Assembly (NCBI GenBank): GCA_964650305.1
Contig: CAZYST010000001.1
Span: 49,953 to 113,952, forward strand
Reading direction: 5' to 3'
Source: an uncultured Lachnospiraceae bacterium
GTDB lineage: Bacteria > Bacillota > Clostridia > TANB77 > CAG-508
Length of the DNA: 64,000 nucleotides
Shown here: one piece after another, positions 38,896 to 49,000 of the stretch
How the letters are laid out: each line of letters opens with the position of its first letter
Numbering within the stretch: position 1 is the first letter of the stretch
Notes under the pieces: generated by a model
Databases searched by the model: none
What the model was told of the DNA's origin: nothing
The model's input: the letters and a program-made list of their open reading frames with translations, nothing else
Made by a program: the position numbers and the translations under genes

Positions 38896-40096
38896 ATGGC
38901 AGGGAGTATAGAAAAAAGAGGCGAAAATACATATAGGTTAGTATATGCATGTGGGTACAACCTAGATGGTTCTATCGCCAAGTACACTAAAACAGTGCAT
39001 TGTAGTAAAAAGGAAGCAGAAATCGAACTTGCTCAGTTTGTTACTAAAATACAAAATGGTATGGTTGCTGAACCTAAGTCTATAACTTTCAAAGACTTTG
39101 TTGAAATCTGGAAACGAGATTATGGTACAAAAGATTTAGCACCTGGTACTTATGCAAGATATGTTAGAATTTTAGAAACTAGAATTCTTCCCTACTTTGG
39201 TAAGTTCAAGTTAGATAAGATTAAACCAACAGACATTATGAAATTTTATGACATGTTAGAAAATGATACACAGATCAAAAGACTTAAAAATAACAGAGGT
39301 GAAAGATTATCTAAACCACTATCTAAGAAAACTATTTTAGAACATCACAGGTTACTTAGAGCAATGCTTCACAAAGCTGTTTACTGGCAACTAATTGCAA
39401 ATAACCCAGCAGAAAGAGTTCAACTACCAAAAGCTAAGAAACCTAAAAGAAGATATTACGATGATGAACAATGCAAACTTCTATTAGAAAATCTTGAAAA
39501 TCAAGAATTAAAATACAAAGTAGCTATTACAATAACAATATTTACTGGAATGAGACTTCGGTGAACTTCTAGGACTAGAATGGTCTGATATTGATTTTAA
39601 CAATGGAATAATTAGTATTAACAAATCTAGTCAATATTTATGTGATAAAGGAATATTTACCAAGACACCTAAAACTGATAGTTCAATTAGAGATGTTGCA
39701 GTGCCTACATTTGTTATTTCTCTACTTAGTGAGTATAAGTTATGGTATGATGAACAAAAAGCTTTGTATGGCGAATTATGGATTAATTCAGATAGGTTAT
39801 TTGTACAAAACGATGGCAAACCAATGCACCCATCTACAATTAGTAAATGGTTTGTAAAATTTGTTAAAGAATGTGGTCTTCCTGAAATTAGCTTTCATGG
39901 ATTAAGACACACAAATGCTACACTACTAATATCTCAAAATATAGATGTTGCAGCTGTAGCAGCACGACTAGGACATGCACAAATTTCAACTACATTTAAT
40001 TTTTATGTGCATCCTGTTATTTCACACAATAAAGTTGCAGGAAATGTTTTAGAAAATTTATTAATACCAGGAAAAAATATAGAAAATCTAAATTGA
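38896..40096 (+). pseudogene. int: Tyrosine recombinase (phage-integrase family) disrupted by a +1 frameshift near 39556-39560
   Basis: N-terminal MAGSIEKRGENTYRLVY... The frame ends at ..FTGMRLR* (39564). It continues in the next frame as GELLGLEWSDIDFNNG...HGLRHTNATLL...LGHAQISTTFNFYVH, which supplies the R, HxxR and Y catalytic residues. Confidence 0.8.
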
Positions 40097-40574
40097 GATT
40101 TTTATTGATATATCAACTACTTTACGGATTATTTAAGTTCGTTATTTCCCCAAGATTTCCCCAAAAGGCATTTTTAGGGTAATTTTGGAAGAAATTTAAT
40201 GGTAAGAAAAAAGTCTCAATTACTTGAGACTCTAATATTATATCAATTTATTCTTTAAAGGAATACGAGCTTAATTCCATAAAGTTATGAGCAATTTAAA
40301 ATATCAAAATAATTTCTAACACTATAAAAAATTCTAATTTTATACTTTTCGAAATGCTCTGATTATATTCACAGTACGATTATATCTATCTGTAAATTAT
40401 CCTAAATACAATTCAGTTACTTTTGGAATTACTTTATCTAAGAATCCGATCTTGTTATTATCACTTAAATCCCCTAAATAATTTTAACCATTATAAATTT
40501 ACCATTTTATCCTTGTATCTTATCTAAAATTTTTATATAATTGCTTCAAGGAAATTTTTAGAAAGAGAGAAAAA

Positions 40575-41966
40575 ATGATTGAAATAATATGTGGAGAATT
40601 AATTTACAGAAGAAAAAAATATCATTTTTCATTTCAAGATAACATCTTAACAATGATACCATTAAAACTCAAAAAATATTCTTTCGCTGATTTTTTGATT
40701 GACGAAGATGATACAACTAATAAAAATATCAATATTAACGGAATAACAGAAAAGAACTTTCACATATGTTTTTTAAATGTAAAGCCAAAAAAATTTGGAT
40801 CTGGTACATTTAGATGTTTTGTTCCCGCATATATTTTAAATAAAAATAATGGATTATATCCTGTTCCTAAAATTGACAATATAGAAAGTATAATTTTTAA
40901 AGGAGCGCCAATAGATAACTTTTACCATCCAAAGCAAATCGTAAATTATAATAATAACAATAAAGATATCACTATCAATGTCAACTTAAATGAGTACACA
41001 CCAGAAAAATTTGAATTAAATAAAGAAACTATCATAATATCTTCTGAATATGTCGTACCATATTCTAGAAATATAAACGAAGTTTTAAATGTATCATCTT
41101 CTTTTGAAATACAATTCAAAAATCCTCAAAAGATTTGTAACATATTAAAAACATATTTCAAAATTCAAAAATTTTTTGGATTTCTAAATAATAGAAAAAT
41201 AATTAAATGGGATACAATAATTTTAAGAAAAAAAGTTTATTTAGAAGATCAAAAGAAATATTTACCTATAGATTTATTTTTATATATTGCGCATGATCCA
41301 AACACAAAAACTGACATTGAAAATTATATGAATTCAATAACATTTAAAGATATTAAAAATAATTTTTTAGAAATTTATAAAAATGTTACAAAAAAAGATT
41401 ATAATGTTTACTATATGCCTTTAAATAAAAAGGAGAATTTACTTGTTGACAATAACAAATTTTTAAAAATAGCATATACTTTTGAATCACAAATGAGACT
41501 AAGTTATCCTGACTTTAAATCTTCCATTAACGAAAATTTTTATTATTCTAAAAATTATATCTTAAAAAATATAAATGCAGAAATAAAAAATCTTTCTACC
41601 ATTAATGGAACCAAGAAAAAAATAAAATACTTAAATCAATTTAAAGATATAATAGAAAAATCTGATGGAAATTTAGAAGAAAAAATATTATATTGTTTTA
41701 AAAAATTTGATAATATTATTTCTTCTAAAAAAGAGGCTTTATTATCCAACTATCACTTAAAGAATTTATCTTATGAAGTTTTATCTAAAGCTTTTGTTAA
41801 AAGACGAAATAAAATTGCACACGGAGAATTCACTGGAAATTTTGAAGATATTGACATTATTTCATATATTTTACTACAAATATGTATTTATTGTTTAATT
41901 TTAGAGCGTTCATCTGTTTCACCAGAATCCATTCAAAATATATGTGACAAACTTTTTAATATTTAA
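40575..41966 (+). CDS. HEPN-domain protein, ApeA-like abortive-infection candidate
   Basis: 463 aa. C-terminal KRRNKIAHGEF contains the R-x4-H HEPN motif (RNxxxH type). Large uncharacterised N-terminal domain. Single gene with its own RBS. Confidence 0.55.
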   Translation: MIEIICGELIYRRKKYHFSFQDNILTMIPLKLKKYSFADFLIDEDDTTNKNININGITEKNFHICFLNVKPKKFGSGTFRCFVPAYILNKNNGLYPVPKIDNIESIIFKGAPIDNFYHPKQIVNYNNNNKDITINVNLNEYTPEKFELNKETIIISSEYVVPYSRNINEVLNVSSSFEIQFKNPQKICNILKTYFKIQKFFGFLNNRKIIKWDTIILRKKVYLEDQKKYLPIDLFLYIAHDPNTKTDIENYMNSITFKDIKNNFLEIYKNVTKKDYNVYYMPLNKKENLLVDNNKFLKIAYTFESQMRLSYPDFKSSINENFYYSKNYILKNINAEIKNLSTINGTKKKIKYLNQFKDIIEKSDGNLEEKILYCFKKFDNIISSKKEALLSNYHLKNLSYEVLSKAFVKRRNKIAHGEFTGNFEDIDIISYILLQICIYCLILERSSVSPESIQNICDKLFNI

Positions 41967-41987
41967 AATTATTTTATAGGAGGTTTT

Positions 41988-42749
41988 ATGAAAAATACAA
42001 ATTTTTTAAATCAAACCATATATGTAAAAATTGATAGACCAATAGGCAGTAGTCATCCAAAATATCCTGATCATATCTACTTAGTTAATTATGGTTATGT
42101 TCCCAATACAATAAGCGGTGACGGTGAAGAATTAGACTGTTATATCTTAGGCGAATATAAACCACTAACAGAATACACAGGAAAATGTATTGCCATTATT
42201 CATAGATTAAATGATAATGATGATAAATTAGTTATTGCACCAGAAAATAAAAATTATTCAGATGATGAAATAAAATTATTAACCGATTTTCAAGAAAAAT
42301 TTTACCAAATTGAAATTATACGTGACCAAAATTATCTAGAATTCAGTAAAAACATTCCCGAATTATCCGTTACTAATTTAGAAAACAGCTTAAATTTCTA
42401 TAAAACCATAGGATTTAAAGTTGAATATGATAGACCAGAAAATAAATTTGCTTTTATAAGCTTAGGAAAAATTCAATTTATGTTACAAGAAATTTCTGAA
42501 AATGATAAATGGGATATTGCACCACTTGTTTATCCTTTTGGAAACGGTATAAATTTTCAATTAGAAGTAGAAAATTTATATAATATATATTCAAATTTAA
42601 AAAATTCTACTTATAAAATTACTTTTGAAATAGAAGAAAATTGGTATAGACAAGAAAATAAATTACTTGGAAATAAAGAATTCTTAGTTCAAGATCCAGA
42701 CGGATATTTATTAAGATTTTCAGAAGATTTAGGAGAAAAAGAAGTATAG
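41988..42749 (+). CDS. Fusion of a short inorganic-pyrophosphatase-like domain with a glyoxalase/bleomycin-resistance (VOC) domain
   Basis: The N-terminal ...NYGYVPNTISGDGEELDCYILG resembles the PPase D-G-D-P-L-D-V box. The C-terminal LSVTNLENSLNFYKTIGFKV...LVQDPDGYLLRFSE is VOC-like. Confidence 0.55.
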   Translation: MKNTNFLNQTIYVKIDRPIGSSHPKYPDHIYLVNYGYVPNTISGDGEELDCYILGEYKPLTEYTGKCIAIIHRLNDNDDKLVIAPENKNYSDDEIKLLTDFQEKFYQIEIIRDQNYLEFSKNIPELSVTNLENSLNFYKTIGFKVEYDRPENKFAFISLGKIQFMLQEISENDKWDIAPLVYPFGNGINFQLEVENLYNIYSNLKNSTYKITFEIEENWYRQENKLLGNKEFLVQDPDGYLLRFSEDLGEKEV

Positions 42750-42806
42750 AAAAAACTCAAATTGTTTAATTACGCAAACAATTTGAGTTTTCTTATTTTT
42801 CAAAAT

Positions 42807-43152
42807 CTATTTTATCCCTACAATTCCATATAGTACTCTTTTTAATAAAATACCATTATCTGTTTTATTTTTTTCTATATACTTTTCAAATAATTCTTTT
42901 TCAATTTTTCTTTTTTCTTGTGAATTATCTTCCAAAAAATCAGTAGCATATATTTTTTTCACTTTAGGATAATATTTTAAAACTTTTTCTCCTCCACCTG
43001 TTCCCAAATCTAAACAAATAGATTTTTCATTCACATTTTCTTTTATTTTTTCATAAAAATCCCAATCACTTATTTTTTTGGTTTTATATTTAATCTGATC
43101 AAAATTCTAATTTCCAATATTATTATAATAATTTAATTCATTTTCTTGCATA
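42807..43152 (-). pseudogene. Class I SAM-methyltransferase remnant (in-frame TAG and truncation)
   Basis: Minus strand reads MQENELNYYNNIGN*NFDQIKY...SICLDLGTGGGEKV (motif I). The post-motif region is short and aberrant. Confidence 0.55.
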
Positions 43153-43203
43153 ACATTTTATTCCTATCTTTCAAATTATATAAATATTATACCATATAGT
43201 TAT

Positions 43204-44691
43204 TTTATTTTTCTACTAATACCATTTATATGCTATAATGTTTTTTGTCTGATTAGTAGATTAGGAAAGGTTATAATTCCCTATTATATTTTGATATGAT
43301 ATAATTAAGCTATCTGGATGTACATACCTAGGCTGGTTATAATTCCCTATTATATTTTGATATGATATAATCTATTTGACTTACCTGATTTAGTAGCAGA
43401 AGTTATAATTCCCTATTATATTTTGATATGATATAATTAATAAAAATAAAATAATAACTAATATCCAGTTATAATTCCCTATTATATTTTGATATGATAT
43501 AATTTTACGCTCTGGATAATGTGTGTCGTGTCGGTTATAATTCCCTATTATATTTTGATATGATATAATTAGAGAATTCTTTTTCAGTTCTGTTAACTTG
43601 TTATAATTCCCTATTATATTTTGATATGATATAATGAAGGAATAGCACCTGTTGAAGTTCCAACAGTTATAATTCCCTATTATATTTTGATATGATATAA
43701 TTTGCTAGCTACCAATAAAGCAGCAATACAAGTTATAATTCCCTATTATATTTTGATATGATATAATCTTTCCTAATCTACTAATCAGGCATCAGACGTT
43801 ATAATTCCCTATTATATTTTGATATGATATAATACTATTCATTACAACAATTAGTACAAGAAAGTTATAATTCCCTATTATATTTTGATATGATATAATA
43901 ATTTAAGTCCAAATACAACATATTCAATAGTTATAATTCCCTATTATATTTTGATATGATATAATTTTGAAACTAAAATGTTATATTATTAATATGTTAT
44001 AATTCCCTATTATATTTTGATATGATATAATACTTATATGGTGTTTCTGCATCGTGGCTAGGTTATAATTCCCTATTATATTTTGATATGATATAATTAT
44101 GAAAACTATAGAAGATACATACAATGGGTTATAATTCCCTATTATATTTTGATATGATATAATTTGTACCATTCTCTTATTGCACTTCCTAAAGTTATAA
44201 TTCCCTATTATATTTTGATATGATATAATAAACATTAGAAATTATGGCAGAAAGTGAGGGTTATAATTCCCTATTATATTTTGATATGATATAATTAGAA
44301 AAGCTATATCTAGGTTGAAATAGTTGTTATAATTCCCTATTATATTTTGATATGATATAATTTAAAATAAGTCAATCAAATAAAATAACTTGTTATAATT
44401 CCCTATTATATTTTGATATGATATAATATCCAAATCATAATTAAAATAATATTTGACGTTATAATTCCCTATTATATTTTGATATGATATAATAAAAGCA
44501 CAATTTGAAGAAATAATGATAAGGTTATAATTCCCTATTATATTTTGATATGATATAATTTTACAAAATGGAGATTACATAACTGCTTAGTTATAATTCC
44601 CTATTATATTTTGATATGATATAATTATTAGATTGTTGTGTTAATAAACAACAAAGTTATAATTCCCTATTATATTTTGATATGATATAAT
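43204..44691 (+). CRISPR. Type II-C CRISPR array: 22 identical 36-nt repeats (43270-44691), 21 spacers of 30 nt, plus one degenerate repeat (43204-43239) and one relic 30-nt spacer
   Basis: Repeat is GTTATAATTCCCTATTATATTTTGATATGATATAAT with an exact 66-nt period. The strand is assigned from the TGATATAAT extended -10 box at the 3' end of each repeat and from the predicted tracrRNA polarity. Confidence 0.97.
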
Positions 44692-44698
44692 ATTCCCA

Positions 44699-44745
44699 CA
44701 AAAAAGCTAGTAATATCAATGATTTACTAGCTTTTTACTTTTTTA
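44699..44745. terminator. Bidirectional terminator between cas2 and the array
   Basis: 9-bp stem agctagtaa/ttactagct (44705-44732), flanked by A6 and T-runs. Confidence 0.7.
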
Positions 44746-44788
44746 AAAAAAGATTATCTTTTCAATTTTTTTAATCATTTTTTCTTTT

Positions 44789-45109
44789 TTAAAAAAACGA
44801 TAAAGTTTCATAATCTACTGGTTTATCATAAATAGATTTTCTTCCTAATAAAATTTCAACACTCTCATACTGTCTTTCAGTTATTACCAATACTCTTATT
44901 GCACCTTCATCAGGAATATTCATTTTCAATCTTTGTTTATGTAATTCTACCATATCATTTCCATTGCAAACTCTTGCATATACAGAAAATTGTATCATAT
45001 AGTATCCATCTTTTAATAAAAAATTTCTAAATTGAGTAGCTTTCCTTCTTTCTTGTTTAGTTTTAACTGGTAAATCAAAAAATACTAATATTCTCATAAA
45101 TTTATGCAT
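44789..45109 (-). CDS. cas2: CRISPR-associated endoribonuclease Cas2
   Basis: MRILVFFDLPVKTKQERR...FSVYARVC ferredoxin-like Cas2 pattern. Overlaps the cas1 stop. Confidence 0.9.
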   Translation of the reverse strand: MHKFMRILVFFDLPVKTKQERRKATQFRNFLLKDGYYMIQFSVYARVCNGNDMVELHKQRLKMNIPDEGAIRVLVITERQYESVEILLGRKSIYDKPVDYETLSFF

Positions 45110-46007
45110 ACCTATACTCTTCTATTGGAGTTATAATATATGGTAATTTTATAAAATTTTTTCCTTTATTTATACTTGTTGAATAACTTTTTATCATATA
45201 TTCAATAGCTCCCTGAACATTAAATTTTTTACCATCTATTAAAACCAAACAATTAATTAAATTATATAAAATCTTTTTATCTTCTGGCATTAAAAATTTT
45301 TTACTAAAATCTATATTTGAAACAACATATAAATCTACAAGTGGTCTAAAACACTCGATAAAATCATCTGCAAGATTAAAATTATTTAATTGATTATGAT
45401 GAAATATTCCTAATGCTGGCTCAAATCCATACATTATCAAAGTTCTAGCAATCATTCCTCTAATAATTGCATAACCATAATTTAATGAAGCATTTTCTAT
45501 GCATTCAATATTTCTATTAAAAGTCCTTCCAAATAATTCTCTAAAATAAAATGACGCTGCTTTTGCTTCAACATTTTTCGTATCACCTGATGTAATTCCT
45601 TTTTTCATTTCTTCAAGAATATTATAATGTTTTCTTCCTAGATATTTTAAAACATCTGCTTGATTTTGAATTTTTACATTTATAATATCTTGCCATATAC
45701 GTTTATTTAAAGGCTTTGGAATTCCAAATTGTAATTTAATGTTTTTTAATTGCCTTGAATAATTATTTGTGCCTATCAATATCCCAGTTGGTAAATGTTT
45801 TTCATCACAAATATAAACTACTATATCATGTTCTATAAATTTTCTTAAAGCATATGTGCTTACATTTGTTCTTTGAGATTCAATGCAAATACTATTAATA
45901 TCTTCTAATGGTATTTTATATTCTGCATTTTCTTTTTGTACTATTAATTGTTCATTTTTTATTTTTATATGAACATCATTTTGTACATAAACATTTCTAA
46001 AAGCCAT
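45102..46007 (-). CDS. cas1: CRISPR-associated endonuclease Cas1 (type II)
   Basis: 301 aa. ...NASLNYGYAIIRG...GIFHHNQLNNFNLADDFIECFRP contains the Cas1 active-site region. Confidence 0.92.
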   Translation of the reverse strand: MAFRNVYVQNDVHIKIKNEQLIVQKENAEYKIPLEDINSICIESQRTNVSTYALRKFIEHDIVVYICDEKHLPTGILIGTNNYSRQLKNIKLQFGIPKPLNKRIWQDIINVKIQNQADVLKYLGRKHYNILEEMKKGITSGDTKNVEAKAASFYFRELFGRTFNRNIECIENASLNYGYAIIRGMIARTLIMYGFEPALGIFHHNQLNNFNLADDFIECFRPLVDLYVVSNIDFSKKFLMPEDKKILYNLINCLVLIDGKKFNVQGAIEYMIKSYSTSINKGKNFIKLPYIITPIEEYRYA

Positions 46008-46084
46008 ATTTTCGCTTAAAACATTTATCTATATTTTGATATACAATAGATGCTTTAAGATAAATATGAAAGCTTCCCTCCCTT

Positions 46085-49000
46085 CTATTTTTTAATATTG
46101 AAAGGTAATCTTTTTTCTGGTAGTTTTACTTTACTATAATTTCCTAAAATATCAACTGTATATTTTTCTAATATTTTTAACTCTTTTATTCCAATTTTCT
46201 TTACATATTTATTATCATGTGTTTGAATATTTATCACTGCATTAGAAATATCCGCTTTAACATAATATGCAAAAACTTCATCTACTTCAATTGTTTTATT
46301 TTCTTTATTATTTGGATTTAACTTTATTTTATTTTTTCCTACTATATGTATCAAATCTTTTGGATATATAGAAAATATAAAGTTTTCATCGTTCATTTCT
46401 TTCCATTGAGCATATGGTTTTCCACCTACACAAGTTTTATTTGGCAACACATCTTTTACAACATCTGATACATATATTGGTATAAAATAATATCCTTCAT
46501 TTTCTACATAAAAAATGTCTAATCTTACACAATCTCCATTTCCAGCAATTGATTTTCCTTCATTAAATTCTACTCCTAAAGTCATTTTTTCTTCTATTTT
46601 TACTTTTTTTACCAAAGGTCCTTTAGTGCCATCTGCTTTAGGTTTATAAAAATCTTCCTTAAAAGCTTGTTCTGCATTTCCATTAAATTTTATTAATTGT
46701 TCTTTTAATGCATTATATAATAATTTATCATCTTGTTTACATTTTTCTGGATATCCTTCTATTTCTCCGTTTTTTAATTTCAATTTTTTTAGTTCTGTTT
46801 TAGTAACAGATTTTATAGAATCCTCTTCTTTTTTCACTCCTCTAACAGTATCTAAGTGTGCAACACCTGTTACTTTTCTTCTTGGCATTTTTGAAACAAA
46901 TATTGGTTCCAATTCATCTATTTTTTCTTCTGTATCATATGTATAAATTTTTTCTGCTGCTAAGCATTCTATCATTCTTTCTTTTGTTTGACAGTTTGTT
47001 CTTATATCTAATTCTTTTCTAAATTTATCCCATGGCTCTGGAAAAGTTTTTTTGTTTTTTTCTTCATATTCTTTTGCTGTCAATACTTCTCCTGTTAATA
47101 TATCTACATATTCTCCATTATTTTGCATATATCTTCCGTCTCTGTATTGATAATAATTAGTAATTTCATTTATCATTTTTTGAGTAGTAATGGCAATTAT
47201 TGTAGCATCTATCGCATGATGTATATCTCCATCTTCTCTTATTTTTTCAATACCTAATCTTTTTCTTATATGAGATGTAATTTGTCCATTTACAGTCCAA
47301 ACTTTTCTTTCAAAATTATCATTATTTGAAAATTCTAAATGGTTTCTTATTAGGTTATACATAATTTTACATATATATTGAGTGTCCTTTAAGTTTCTTT
47401 CTTTCCATCCTTCTATATCTTCTTTATCTACTTGTTGTTTTAGTAGTTTTCGTTTCTTGGCTGGATTTTTTACAATATTGTTTATTCTTATTTCATATTC
47501 ATCTAAATTTCTTCCTGCTTCTTTTTCATATTGATATGGAACTCTATTTCCTTTTTGTCTGTTTTCACTAGCTAAAACTAAAACTTTATTACTATATGAA
47601 TCATCAAAACACATACTATATGGAATAATATGATCTACATCAACTGCTTCTGTAAATAAATCATTAATTGATATAGTTTTTCCTGAATATAAACAAATAT
47701 TTTGTTGTTCTTTCCATAATTTGAATTTTACTATATCTTGACCTGTAGGATTTTTCTTATATTCCATTATTGTTTTCAAAGCATTTTCATTTTTTTTCAT
47801 ATTTTCTTCTTGCGATTTTTGTATTTTATTTCTGTCTTGGAAATTTTTTCCTATTTCTCTTGCTAATTCTATTACTACTACATCTGGTTTTCCATATATA
47901 CTGTTATATTTTAATGTTATTGCATTTAATACTTTTATTGATTGAGATACTGCTCTTCTTACAACTGGATTAGATATTTCTTGTTCTAAATCTTTTAACT
48001 TTAATTTAGATTTTTTTACAGTATTTACAGTTCCTCTAAAATCTTCATAAACATTATCTACTGCTTTATCGTATGTATATCCTTTTTCTAGTTCTGGAAT
48101 TATTTTTTTCATTGCTTTTATTGATAAACTTCCTACTTTTGAAAAAGATAATGGTAACACTTCATTTATAGCTTCATCTGACAAATTTGTATTTTCTTTT
48201 AAATAATTTATTCTTTTCTCATCATTTTTATATATTGTTAATGCATATCCTAAAAAATCTAAATCTTCTTTTGATATTTTTTCAATATAATTTTTTTCTA
48301 TATGATTTAATGCAGTTTTTAATTTATTATAGCTTTCAAATTCCTTTAGTTTTCTTTCTTTTTCAACTTCTTTATTGCTTTCTTCTGAAAAATCTATTGA
48401 ACTTTTGTATGTTATTAAATTAAATCTTTCATAATTAGATAAATTTAATTCTTTTCTAATATTATCAAAAGTTACTGTGCTTTTTGATAATATTAAATTT
48501 TTTATTTTTTCCTTTTCTTCTTTTGTTAATTCTCTTTTTTCAACCTTTTTTTCTTTGCAATCATTTATTATTGTTTTTTCTATTTTTATATGATTTAACA
48601 TTTGTAATAATTTAAAATATTCAAAAGTATATGTTGCTTTTGCCGCTCTTTTTTCTTCCTTTTCAAATGTACAGTTTCCTAACATTTTTTCTATTTGGTT
48701 TCCACCATATGGACTTTCTTCTCCTGGTCCATCGTCAAAATTTCTTTGTCCTTCGAAAATTTCCAAATATTCTTTTATAAATTCATCAGTTACAAATGAA
48801 TTTAATTCTTTTTGTTTATTTAATATTAAAATTATTTCATCTACTAACAATTTTCTTAATGTTGTATTTTTATAGTCATCTACTGAATTTTTAATTTTTA
48901 TTTGTGTATTTCCTTTTGAATCTAAAATATATTCTCCATTTTTATTTTTGAATTTGAATTTATCATCTTTTAAATACATTTCTGCAACAGTTCTATAATT

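Larger units (their letters stand above)
33361..40240. mobile_element. Decayed integrative element (RepA_N initiator, Xis-like HTH, cargo, frameshifted tyrosine integrase); boundaries uncertain
   Basis: Based on gene content. The integrase carries a frameshift, there is a truncated paralogue remnant, and no relaxase or transfer genes are present. No att repeats were confidently identified. Confidence 0.45.

Noticed and set aside
39631-39857. ORFs 39631..39819 (-) and 39642..39857 (+) inside the integrase locus
   Set aside because: These are alternative-frame artefacts of the frameshifted integrase. The integrase reading frames explain the region.
40144-40163. Tandem atttcccca-ag-atttcccca just downstream of the integrase, considered as arm-type sites or the att core
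   Set aside because: No matching copy was found at the other presumed end of the element, so it cannot be supported as an att site from this window alone.
40232-40574. Possible small minus-strand gene upstream of the minus-strand terminator at 40212-40231
   Set aside because: Only a start-less fragment is open (...GDLSDNNKIGFLDKVIPKVTELYLG*, preceded by an in-frame stop). It is treated as gene debris at an island junction.
43240-43269. Possible self-targeting of the array flank by the spacer 8 crRNA
   Set aside because: The match covers only the 21 PAM-distal nucleotides. The 9 PAM-proximal (seed) positions match at only about 5 of 9, so Cas9 interference is not expected. It is kept only as an acquisition-history observation.
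43981-44235. 84-aa ORF with a repeating ISYQNIIGNYN peptide
   Set aside because: It is simply the translation of consecutive CRISPR repeats on the minus strand. It is not a gene.
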